DNA of 64,000 nt from Paraspadella gotoi (taxonomy: Eukaryota > Animalia > Chaetognatha). Within the stretch, counting starts at the first letter, position 1. The number at the start of each line of letters is the position of its first letter. The translations under genes and the position numbers were made by a program. The DNA is taken from NCBI GenBank assembly GCA_051294375.1, contig CM119265.1:6767489-6831488 (forward strand), given 5' to 3'. Shown here in pieces: positions 50,401-61,800 of the stretch. The notes beneath the pieces were generated by a model. That model ran no database searches, was not told the origin of the DNA, and saw only the letters and a program-made list of their open reading frames with translations.

Positions 50401-53400
50401 TATGATTAAATTTGGGTGTAGAAGCTGAAAATTTATATACAGCTTCTCATCATCGATGTGCTTAAAATTGAGTCTGGACAGTTATTAAATATGTTTTGTT
50501 TACGTTTTATCAAAACAAACAAATTTTCTCTTTCATTTTCATATTTCTTTCTCTCTTTCTTTTCTCTTTAATTACATGTCTCTCTCCCTCTCTCTTTTCC
50601 CTAGTCACTGATTCATAATCATAGGGGAAAAAAACGAGCCTGCAGCTGGCTTTGCAGATGGCTCTTCTTTTTCTCTTTTTTCTCCTGCTGCTTCTGCTGC
50701 TTCTGCTGCTGTCTTTTGATTTCTTTCTTTTCTCTCTCTCTCTTTCTCTCTCTCTCTCTATCTCTGCGTTTTTATTAAATAAAAAAATTGAATTAGGATT
50801 GAACTCGTAAAATTAGGCATCGCATTCGTGCACGTTATCATTTTGCTATTTTTCAGAAACTGTAACTTTAATTTTCTTCTGTACTTTATTATTTTTTTTA
50901 TTGACAATTGCAAAATAGAATTTTTCTTTGTTTATTATTTAATTTCCTTTTCTCAAATTTTCTTTTTTTTGTATCAAAATTTGAGGTCAATCCAGATTTT
51001 TCTTATGCTATTGTGACGATCCTTATGCTTTTAAGATTTTTTTTTAATTTGGTAATGCTAAAAGCCTTGTACCTCTTTTTGGTTCAAAAAAGTATTATTA
51101 TAGCTTTCAGAAAATAAGGAAAGATGCGCAACCTCAGGGCTGAAAAGAATTGCGTTAAAGATGTGAAAAAATATTTCACTGTCATACCTCAATTTGCTGT
51201 ATGAGAGCATGCCCAGATGAATGCTGGCAGTAGTCAATGCCGAGGAAAGGCATATCAAATATTGATAATGTTTTATATTATGGCAACGGAGGGACATGTG
51301 TGGTGCCTGGGGTGTGAGGCATCTCCCGACAGATGGCGCTCAGGGCTTTGGACCTGCAGTGACCACCCCATGTCACTGGCGTGTTTATGCCGACACCATC
51401 ACACTTTAACCAGCGTGACCGTGAGGGGGGATTGAACCCGGAACTCACGTTTGGTGAGGTGAGGTGAGCTATACGGGAGGCGAATTTAGGATTCGCCACA
51501 ATATACTTTTTATTGAATAAATGAATTACTATGTGATATACTTTTTTTTCTAGATAGTATCATGTGATCAAAGGGAATGCACTGGCGCAACACATTGGAA
51601 TCATCGTTCTTGTTTAATAGGAAACAAAAATAAATTCGACATATGAGAGTTAAAATCCTACATAATTATTAAAAAAGATGAATAAAGAATGGAAAGCTGA
51701 GATAAAGAAGGTTAAATTGCGAAAGTTGTTTACAAAAAAAATTAATATCGTTTAGTGTTTACCTTTGATTTTGTCACGCAATCCTGAGCGTAAGATGGTG
51801 TTCTTTTTTCTTTCCAAGCGTTTTGCGGTGACCCGGCGTGATTTGTTCCAGGGTCTGGGGGTAAAAGCGGTTTTTCCATATCCACTTTAACTTGGGTGAC
51901 AGGGACTGAGGACGTACTGCATTTATAGATTTGTAAATGTTTGCTTATGTAGTAAGTCGAGATTTACACAAAATTATTAAGATACAAAGTTTTTTGAGTG
52001 CACGAAATCTTTTTTTTTTTTATTGCTTTTGGTTGAAAACACTTACGTATTCTGGTTCGCGTTTCCAAGTAAAGGTATCATATCATCCATCATGTTCGAA
52101 ATGTTGTCCACTACTTGATTTATTTTGTTTGGGCTTTTTATTTGCGGCTCTAAATCGGTAGTCCCATAATAATTTTTTATTATGTTTCAAGAGTAGCAAA
52201 TGCAAACTTTGTTCTCACCGTCGATAGATGTAATGCATGTATTATCCTTTTCAACGATTCCCGCCACAGATATGACACCTTCACGAAGTCTTTTGTTTTC
52301 GTTATATTTACGCGATTTCGTAATCTGACGTGCGTCGCACAACAGCGGACTCGTCGTCGTTGATCGAGAGCTTAATTAAAATGAAATACATCCTTTAATT
52401 CATTTCAAAAATTTAGATTACACATGGTAACTAATTACTTACTCGTCGTCGGATGGAGTGATGATCAACACTTGACCCGATGCCATCTTTATTTCCGGTA
52501 CTTCCTCTTGCTGGCAGGTTTCTGGCCTTAAACTTATCACCTCTCGCTCAGGAGAGGCCACGGCTAACGAAAGGACAACCCGAGGAGCCCTTGACAAGCG
52601 CCCGGTCTGCGAGATTGGACCTCTGCGTCCCGAAGGAGATCTAAAAATGTAGTTTTGTATGAGAAAGCGAAGTTTCATATTGTATTGATTGAAAGTCCTT
52701 CAATGAAGGGTTGATTTATTCTTATTTCTATATTTGTTATTATTGGTTGATTTATTGTTTGGTTTATTTATAAATTAATTGATTGGTTCAGGATTAGGTG
52801 TCTAGATACCTCATTGTGACGTCGTAATTGGTGTTCTTTTGTTCGTCGCTGTCTTTCGCCTCTGTCTCCTCAGAAGAATCGATTCTCGACGACGACACTG
52901 ATGACGTCAGTGAATCCGCAGAAGGAACTTCAAGTTCCAGGCCTGGATCCGGTCTTTCCGGTGAATAGTTACTGCTATCGCCGATAGGGAGGTTATTCCT
53001 AAGAAACGCAGATTGAAGTGATTCGTTGAATCTGGAGTTAATCTCCTCTTGCTCTTCCTTTTGTAAAAGATTTATTGTTTGAGAGAGAGACATCGGAGGA
53101 CAAGTTTCTTCGATCTTTAGAGTTAAAAGTTCAAAACAGTTTTGGTTTTCCGGGGTTATTTCTTCAACAGTTGCATCATTGGTAGACGTTTTCAATTCTT
53201 CTTTTGGCAAATGTACTAAACTTCTAATTTCGTCGATATCTGCGTCCGGTTTTTTTTCGTTTTTAACCTTGTAAAAAAAAATTCCCCGTTTTAATTTTTG
53301 CAATTGCAATCATAGTTTTTTACCTTATTTTCACTCTGAAATTTTTTAAGTTTTTTTAGTGTCTCAAGCGTAGTGTCACTTTACAAAACAACACCGTGTA

Positions 53401-56400
53401 AAATAGGTAAGGTGAATTATTCATTTGATAGAACCACCGGTAATATAACTTCATACAGTTTTTTTTTTTTGTATCTACATTACCATAATTTATTTTTTAT
53501 TGATACAATGTACAGTAGGCCGGAACAGGTTGAAAACTAGAAGTTCTTCCAAATAAATAATGGTTTAAGTAACTGTTAGAGAATATAAAAATGAAAATAA
53601 TATGGATTTAATATGGTGGACTAAAATCCACCAACCGTTCATCAGCGGCCATTGGTGCCGGAGGCAAGTCATTCGCCTCCCAACCCAAAGGTCCGGGGTT
53701 CTAGCCCGGTGGTCGTCTGGCAGTTAGAGGGGACGGGGCGCTTAACCCGCCTGTAACATGGTGTTACAGCCTGATCCGAAGCTCAGGGACTGCTTATATT
53801 GAACGGTTCTGTCACTAACACATATCAATAATTACTGTCTCTTCATTGGTGAGCCCGACTTCCGAACACATCAGCAACAACACTTTCAGGCGACATGCCT
53901 CAACCTGGCGATGCACTTTCCGCCCACAACACATCAGGCGACATGCCTCAACTTGGTGACGAACTTTCCACCAACAACAATTCACTGAAGAGACGCAACA
54001 GACATCTTCCTACGGGAGGGGGGGATGTATGGTGGACTAAAATCCACCAACCGTTCATCAGCGGCCATTGGTCGCGGAGGCAAGTCATTCGCTCCCCAAC
54101 CCAAAGGTCCGGGGTTCTAGCCCGGTGGTCGTCTGGCAGTTAAGAGGGACGGGGCGCTTAACCCGCCTGTAACATGGTGTTACAGCCTGATCCGAAGCTC
54201 AGGGACTGCTTATATTGAACGGTTCTGTCACTAACACATATCAATAATTACTGTCTTTTCAATAATTTTAAAATTTAGCTTATTGATAAGCGCACGGAAG
54301 CATTTAAAGATTATTTTATTACTTATATAAAGTTTTAAACTTAATGTCGTGAGGAACGAACAACATTATACTAATGAACATTTATGTATAAAAAATTTTT
54401 ATTATAAATTTTACAATTTACGCATTAGGCCATATTTATACATAGTACTACTAATCCTATAAAAGTTAAAATTTCAAAATATTTTTTTAAAGATTTTTTT
54501 GCAGATTTGAATACGTCATAAAAAGTTGATATAAATAAATATAACTCTTTTTCTGATATTTGACCAACTTAATGAAAGATTTTTTAAAAAACTTATATTT
54601 TAAGCTGAAAATTAAAACTAAATATAGTTTTATATATATATATATATAGTTAAATATAGTTTTTTTTATATTTCTTCCACTTAATGAAAGAATTTTTAAA
54701 AATGATTTATATTTTCTTTTGACGAGGAATTCAAATCTTTAATAAAAATTAAAAAGAGCTTATTTTGTAATTTTTTGATTTTATAAAGATAGTATTATAG
54801 ATAAATATAGCTTAATTTTTTTTTACAAATTAATGTTCACTGAGCCGTATCAGTCCAGTTGAAGTCCCTGTATTCCTTACCCTTTTACCCCATACCAGCT
54901 TACTTTTAACACTATCCCCCTCTCCATTTTAAACTAGTAACTTTTAACCTTACTACTTTTTTGGGTTAAATTATTTTAAATGAACTAAAAAACCAGTCAA
55001 ACATAAATATAAAGCAATATATTTAATATGATCCCCAAAAAATAAGATGTTTCCAATCGTACGTAATAACGAAACAATATTTAAAAACATTTTTTCGGAC
55101 CTCCTGCTCTTTTTTCTCGACTGTCGAGATATCGTCCTTGAAATGGTTTTCGGTCTGGCTTTCGCATCTCTCCGACGAATAATTTCCAACCAGGCTGACT
55201 TCTGACTCCTCTAGACGAAATGTGTCGGGTAGTTTGTTTATAAAACCCTGAATGTAAATACGACCGAAAATAAATTAGTAGTTTTCTCGATTAAAGTAAA
55301 CTGATTGCAAACATTATTTTTTATTTTAAGATTTTACTGATGACGTAAAATTTTGCCTCAAAAGTCGCTCTTTAATCTTCTGCCTTCGATATAAATGGCA
55401 AGAATGTTTTCCCTATACTTAAGGCTTATTAATGGGTCATTAATGTTACCTTTAAACCACCATCAATCAGACGGATATAGGTTTTGATATCATCGTCCGC
55501 TTTTTGCGAAAACTCGATACCCAGTTTATAGATGGGAACTCGTCGTTGATCTAGTTTTTTGAAAACGTTGATCAGGAAATCCGCGACCTCCCTGTCCAAA
55601 GCAGGAAACGGGGTGATATCCTGTGGATTCGATTTCAGAATCTTTGTTAATGCTGTTTCATCTTTGAAAGATTCTGTTCCAACCAAGTCCGTGGACCAAT
55701 CGCAGTTGTTGCTTTTTGTGGAGGAAACAGTAATTTCAGCGCTTCGCGTCATAATCGGCGTTTGAACATCATGAAAACCTGCCGCACAATTGGAGGCACC
55801 AGATTCTTCAAACTTTTCATCAGTCGCGGGAACAGCAGCTAGAACTTCTTTGACGGTTTCCGCATTGAAAGAATTGTTTGTGATTCGTCTTCCGACTCGG
55901 CGAACGTAGAACCGAGGCGAACGCGGTGACGTGGGACGATCGTCTACCGCAACGCTCAGTTGGGCCGTCACCTTAGTCGTCTCAATCGCATTGTAAGAAA
56001 GGTCTGTCTCGATTCCATCAACTTGGGTGTCAGTTTTATTTGTTATTGAATCGTCGGGACTCGCGTTGACGTCTTTAAGAGAGACCGTTAAAGTTTCTTC
56101 AGGGATTTCCACCTCCGGTAAAATTGCCACCTCGTTTCCGCTCATCAGAAACGTTGATGGGTTTGATATGAAGAAAGCGGAAAGACCGACGCGAGATACA
56201 AATGCCTTCACCTAAGATAAGCAAGAACAAATAATGATTGACATTAAACTATTTCACGCCACAATGGTATGAAGGAAGGAAGGAGGAACGTGTTGTTAGA
56301 TAAATGAATCAAATTTGAAATAGTTTTAAATCTTAGTCCAGAAAAGTTTTTGAATTCGAAGAATTTGACTCCACCCACCCGAGTTTTCCGAAATTAAGTG

Positions 56401-57551
56401 TACCTCGTAGCTTGCCATTTGGAGTTTTCCTTCTAATCTTTGTAAGGTGAAAAACGAGCCTGGCGAGGCGGTTTTAAAGTCGTCAGAATTCTCTCGGAAA
56501 AACTTGACCGATTTGTCGATTAAATCCGAAACGGATCTGAGAGCACAGTCTTCGCCGGAGAGATAAAAAACGTTCGGGTGTCTAAGGGTTTACGGGGGCG
56601 AAAGAAAGTTAAACTGGTTTTTAGTTAACCATTCTTAAACGTTGTTAAAACCTTTGCAGAAAGAAGTCGATTCCCCCACAGGATTGGACGAAATTTATCA
56701 CTTCTTCTGGGCCTTTCTGAAGAGTGAGCTCCAAAGTTTGAACGGAAGTTCTAGAACACGCGTTGGTAATCGCGTGAAGAGTCTCTGAAATGGTTCAATT
56801 TTTTTTTACATGAAAAAAATTAATGCCTATTTAATGTTTTAGATTGGCTTGCCTTTGATGTGGGCTACCATCCAATCCTCTGATGATAACCTGGCCGACT
56901 TCAACGCCACTACCTCGCCGAATCGTAGCTCGAACATGTGACTGTGCTCGTGGAAGAAGCTCGTGAGACCGTCACGATCGAGCAGCAGCATCCTTAACTG
57001 GTCGGATAATCATAAAGATATTCATGATTTGAAATTAGACAAATAAAGCTGAGATCTTTACTTTATCCTCGCCCTGAGCTATCTGTTTTAAAACCGTTCT
57101 GATTGACAACGGTCTCGACGGAAGTTGAGCTTCCATCGTGTCGCGCAGAAAGGAGAATGCCTCTTTTTCAATCTTTTCCAAGTTTCTCCGAAAGAGGTGC
57201 TGTTCTTTTTGTAATCCTGCAAATCCTCTTGATAGGATGAATGTGTCCGGGTACGAGGAGAATAATGAAGCAAGATCCATTCCTACTTCGAGTTGAGATG
57301 TTTCTGTTTGGGTTAGTAATTTTTTTAAGTTTAAACATATTTTCGGAACTTTAATACACAAAGCACACAACTTTACCGGCGTTTTCGAAGGGATAATCTC
57401 GCTCTAATTCTGCGATGAACTTGGGTCCATTTTCCTTTAGCACTGTTACCCAGTGAGAGAAAACGCTCTCCATCGAAGAATTTATTAATGATGGCGTTTC
57501 TAACGACGATGATTCATTTGTGTAGAAAATTGATTCTGAAGTCGTGGACAT
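41410..57551 (-). CDS. Large putative RNA-binding protein (~1,880 aa): winged-helix-like repeats, two OB/cold-shock-like folds, C-terminal LC8-binding TQT motif (Egalitarian/LIN-66-related)
   Basis: Phase-consistent minus-strand exons: 57551-57377, 57303-57062, 56997-56853, 56784-56652, 56581-56404, 56211-55450, 55247-55101, 53335-53324, 53267-52810, 52640-52443, 52370-52219, 52149-52047, 51916-51763, 50025-49838, 45324-44683, 44509-44455, 44389-44219, 43226-43045, 42964-41410 (sum 5652 nt). Repeated motif L..F...hP..F.l (SYPDTFIL, EHSHMFEL, RHPNVFYL, SNPSTFLM, KLPDTFRL, RHPESFHI). The join across 49838-45324 is inferred, so this could be two genes or several isoforms. Confidence 0.7.
47152..47856. 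mobile_element. MITE family F copy 3 (diverged)
   Basis: TIRs CAGAAGGCTTCA../..TGAAGCCTTCTG, TA TSD, shared internal blocks such as GGAACTATCGAGGCGAATTTTGATATTCAACCCCTG. Confidence 0.85.
48075..48170 (-). repeat. Degenerate CCCTAA-like tract
   Basis: CCCCTTAACC..CCCCTAACC..AACCCTAACTAACCCTA. Confidence 0.7.
50310..51040 (+). mobile_element. Family G copy
   Basis: Colinear with 27859-28685, 5' hairpin partly deleted. Confidence 0.75.
51279..51500 (-). mobile_element. Solo LTR, family C
   Basis: Minus strand reads TGTGGCGAATCC...GTTGCCATA (same termini as family A), exact TSD ATAT, homologous to 31142-31306. Confidence 0.87.
53612..54261 (+). mobile_element. Complete TRIM, family B
   Basis: LTRs 53612-53845 and 54028-54261 (TATGGTGG...TTCA), PBS TGGTGAGCCCGAC at 53847, PPT GGGAGGGGGGGA before the 3' LTR, internal ~49-bp tandem duplication, flanks TTAA/ATAA (3 of 4 match). 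Confidence 0.9.
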
Positions 57552-58837
57552 TTTTTCGCGTGGTTGTTTATGTAATCAAAACTCTCTGTAATATCGTTTC
57601 CATCCCATAGAGCTTTTCATCAATACTATCTCTTACTCTCCATCTCTGACTGTACCGGCTGAATCGGGCCGTGAAAAGTTTGAGAACGAGTGATTCACAG
57701 CCGCCCGTCCAGATTCTCCCTCGGTTTCGACTACGGAAGTGTTCGAGATAAAAGCTCTTTTTCTATGGGAGTCAAGATTAAGAGCGTGAAAAGAAGGCAA
57801 CATGATCGAGGGGAAAACCTATCAGTATATTCACGAAGAGCAAGGATTTTTCAAAAAGAAAAATTTTCGAAAAATTTTGTCTGTTCCTCATTTTTCTTTT
57901 GTATAAAAATGATAATAATAATGATATTTAATCATATGATATATAATTATATATATATTATATACCATGTATTTTTATATAGGGATAATTTTAGCTTCAC
58001 CTAAGCAGAAATTAAGCGAATCATGTGCATTTGGCTTAATCTTTATTAAATGAAATTTGACAAGGGAAAAAGATAATTGTATTATAAAACCACATCACCT
58101 TAGTCTAAATATAGTTTAAGTTTGGTTTTGGTAGTAAAGAAGAATTGATCTGAAACAAAAAATATAAATGAACATTGATGTTGAATGATCAAGGAAATGA
58201 GAACATCAAAAAACTGGTGAATTGAAAACTGAATTTAATAATTTAATGATATCGTAAGAAAATTAAGATATTCTTCATTTAAATTTATGGATAGTAATTA
58301 AAATTGTTATTAATATTCTTGAAAATATCTTAAATTTAGTAATTAAAATCACTGTTATTTTTGGGATAGGTATTTTGAACCGAGAAATGCTCATATTTCT
58401 TATTATAAATATAAACTCACTGATTGACTCTGAAAAAAGACAAAGGAACACTTGGATGATTTCGTTTAAATAGAAGCGGGAGGGAGTGAGGAGCAATTTC
58501 ATGACGGTATCTTAACAAGCCAAACATTGACGAGGTTGATGGCGACAACTCTTTTTTTTTTTTTTTCTTTTGCTTCTCGATTACCATGTCTTTTTTCTGG
58601 TCTTCGCTAAGACAGTTCGCATGATGCTGTTGATTTTGACTACTTTATGCTTATCGTTACTGCGTACGGAAGTCAAACCTATAAAAATTTTGTTATCTTG
58701 ACAGTCCTCACGCTTGTTTAATCACATTTAAAATACCAACAAATTCAGCCACAAATATTTGTCTATATTTGTCAATATGAATTTAAAACTATCGCTTATT
58801 GAAAAGCTAAGATAAGATAAAGTTCGTCGTCGCGGCG

Positions 58838-61800
58838 ATGGCGTCCACACCATCCCGCGATCCTCCGGGGGAGAGGAAATTCACTAAGGGTTTGAGCAAA
58901 CCGGGAAGCGCGGCTGCCGTCCGGGAGACTGTCACTCTCGCCGTTCGTCAAGGTACTTCCTTGTCCAAACCCAAAAAAGTTGAGCCCGTGGATTACGAGT
59001 CTTTCGTGAGCAAAAATCGAACGGTGCTCGAACACGATCTTCTCAAAGACATGATCTTCATTCCCGAGGACGCTTTCGAGATCAACAACCAGCCAAGAAT
59101 GCACCGGACGACGGGATGCCCCACTCGCGCTCTTCTGCGCGGCAATGACGCTTGCGACGAGATGTCGACGGAGACTGCACCGCATCTTCTCGTGGAATCC
59201 TCTGTCGCCGCCTTCGTCTCCGATTGGACGACCGTCGACTTTAAGTGGGACGACTATGGCGGCAATTACCTCCAACTGCCTAAAGGTTCGGCCGCTGTAG
59301 ATCCGCTGCGGGAGCACGCTTTCGAGGTGGACGCCGAATTGGACGCGAGAGAGGACAGCGGCCACGATCTTGTCCGCGCCGCTGGTGCCGAAGAAATTAC
59401 GAAAAAAGGCTACCTTCAAAAGGGACCAGAAACCCGTGGAGATGTTCCATCCTCCATGGCCCAGTCGATCAGTATTAGCTTTCACCCCAAGTCTTTCAAA
59501 CGCCGATTCTTCTGCCTGAAACAACAGGTGGACCAAACTTACATTCTTGAATACCATCGGGACGACAAAAAGAATGATCCTAAGGCGTCCATATATCTGG
59601 ACTCGTGCGTGGACGTACAGAGGGCATCGCGGCGCGGAAAACTGGCTTTCGAATTGATCATGCAGGACGATTCTCGATACGTGCTCGCCGCCGAATCCGA
59701 GGCTGATCTCGAAGAGTGGATTGCTGTGCTGAAGCGGGTCATCCAGACTCAAGAGGCGCTCCAACTCCAGCAGCCGCCTGAGAAACTCGGCAGCGGAAGT
59801 GGGAGCAACAGAGACTCTACTATCAGTCAGAGAGAATCCCTCTCCGAGACGTTGTCGAAGCATCCCGAGCTGGTAAACTATGCTCGAGAGAACGACGACT
59901 TCATCGCCGAATGTCGACGAAAGGAGAGGCAAAACCTCTTTACTATTTATCCGGAGATGAAAAAGACGCAGCCGGTCAATGAGGAGATCGATCTTCAGGT
60001 ATTCTAAAATTAGCGGAATTGAACATCAATGCATAAAGAATAAATTTAAAAATAAGCTCTTTCTCTATTTAATAATCTCAATTAAATTGTTATCCTTACC
60101 CATTAGGCGGAGATGTTTGACGAACCCCATAGGTTTAGACTTGCTGTTTCCCCCAAAGAATTGAAGTTTCGCCTTCAAGCTTCGCTGGCGACGCTGTCGG
60201 GCGAATACGGTGCCGGGGGAAGTGGAGCGGCAGCAGGAAAACCCGACGCGGCTTTTATCAATCCAGAACCTTTCTTCGTCTCTCTCGCCCTGTTCGACGC
60301 GAAACGAGGATCAAAGTTGACTGAGAACTTTTACTTTGATCCCAACCATAATTTCGTCCGGCACATGATACCGAAAGATATTCACATATTGAACGGCTAT
60401 GCAGGACAAACCCCTATGGTCCCGAGATCGAGACAAACATCGAGTACCCCATCGACCATTTCGCGTCGTGGCAACGCCAATAGCGTGTCCAAGGCGTCGT
60501 CGTCTTCTTCTTTGGATGCAGAAGACGAAGAAGGATACTTCGAAAATAACGCGGAGAATAGCGGCGTCGTCTCATTGCCTGACGCCTTTCGAGATTCGAA
60601 ATATGCGCCACGTCTAGTCGACCAACTGCTCAACTTTGTTGGCGAAAATTTGGATTCTACTGGCGCTGCCGTGGATTGGATTGCGGAGCCTCAGGAAGCG
60701 GTTTTTAGCGTTTCCGAGCCACATTCCGACGTTTTTCTGGTCGTCAGAGTGGAGAAGGTCCTTCAAGGTGCGCTGACTAAATGCTTGGAGCCTTATTTAA
60801 GGAGCGAAAGCGCAAAAGCTGGAAACAAAGTCTACCGTCAAATGAAAGGACTTTGCAATCGCATAGGTAGGAACATTCTTTTCCATAGTTTATAATAACA
60901 CGAAATTTTGGCTTAAATACATGTATTTTGTTTTACTAAGGAAACTACCGTATGCCCTTTGCTTGGAGCATTCGACCTTTGTTCGACGGTAAAAATCAAT
61001 TGAACCAGGGTATCCTTGAAATTCCACTCTTTCGCCAAGAGGCGGCTAAATTTTCTGACGAAGGACTTATTAAATTTCTAACCGAGCTACACGAAAAACC
61101 AGAAAAGATGACGGAAAAACTAGCAAAGTTGTCTAGCGTTCACGGGTATTTGAAAGTCAGTGTTAGGGAACTGAAAGGAAACGCTTCTCAAGAGGATCCA
61201 TCGACGCCGCGACCTTCTCTGCTTCGCTGCCTCAACCCATCTTACGTTCCGCTTTCTCCGTTTCCTCCTTTCGCCAAATCTTCTCGCTTCGCTAGTCATC
61301 TTTGCCTCGAGACCCAAGAATTCTCCGCTTCCCGTGGTCTTCACGTTTCGCCATTTACTTCTTATCGCAACCATATCTACGTTTATCCCAGGGAATTAAA
61401 GTTTGACAATCAAAAAGTTTTCCCCCGCGCACGTAATATCGCGTGCATCTTACAAGTTCGCGACTCGGATGAGCCGGGTTCGATGCCGCTGCGCTGCATC
61501 TACGCTCGGCCTGGTCCAGGTTTCTCCCACGACGAAACACTGGAGAGCTGCGTTTTCACCACCTCTGCTTCCACCAATGTTCTGCATCACGACAACACAC
61601 CCGAGTTTTATGACGAGATCAAGATACGACTCCCTGCCAATTTGCATCATAAGCATCACCTTCTCTTCACTTTTTTTCACGTGAGCTGCGAGGGGCAGAA
61701 GAAAACGAATTCAGCTAAACGTGCTGATTCGGTCGTAGGATACGCATGGATTCCTCTTCTCCGCCGAGACCGCGTTGGCGGTGTTTCTTGCGACGACCAC

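Noticed and set aside
53612-53650. CTGATGA on the minus strand of LTR B as a hammerhead core
   Set aside because: No downstream GAAA or cleavage helix, and the solo copy has CCGATGA.
58796-59932. 378-aa minus-strand ORF
   Set aside because: Antisense shadow of the GC-rich DOCK exon, with no recognisable motifs.
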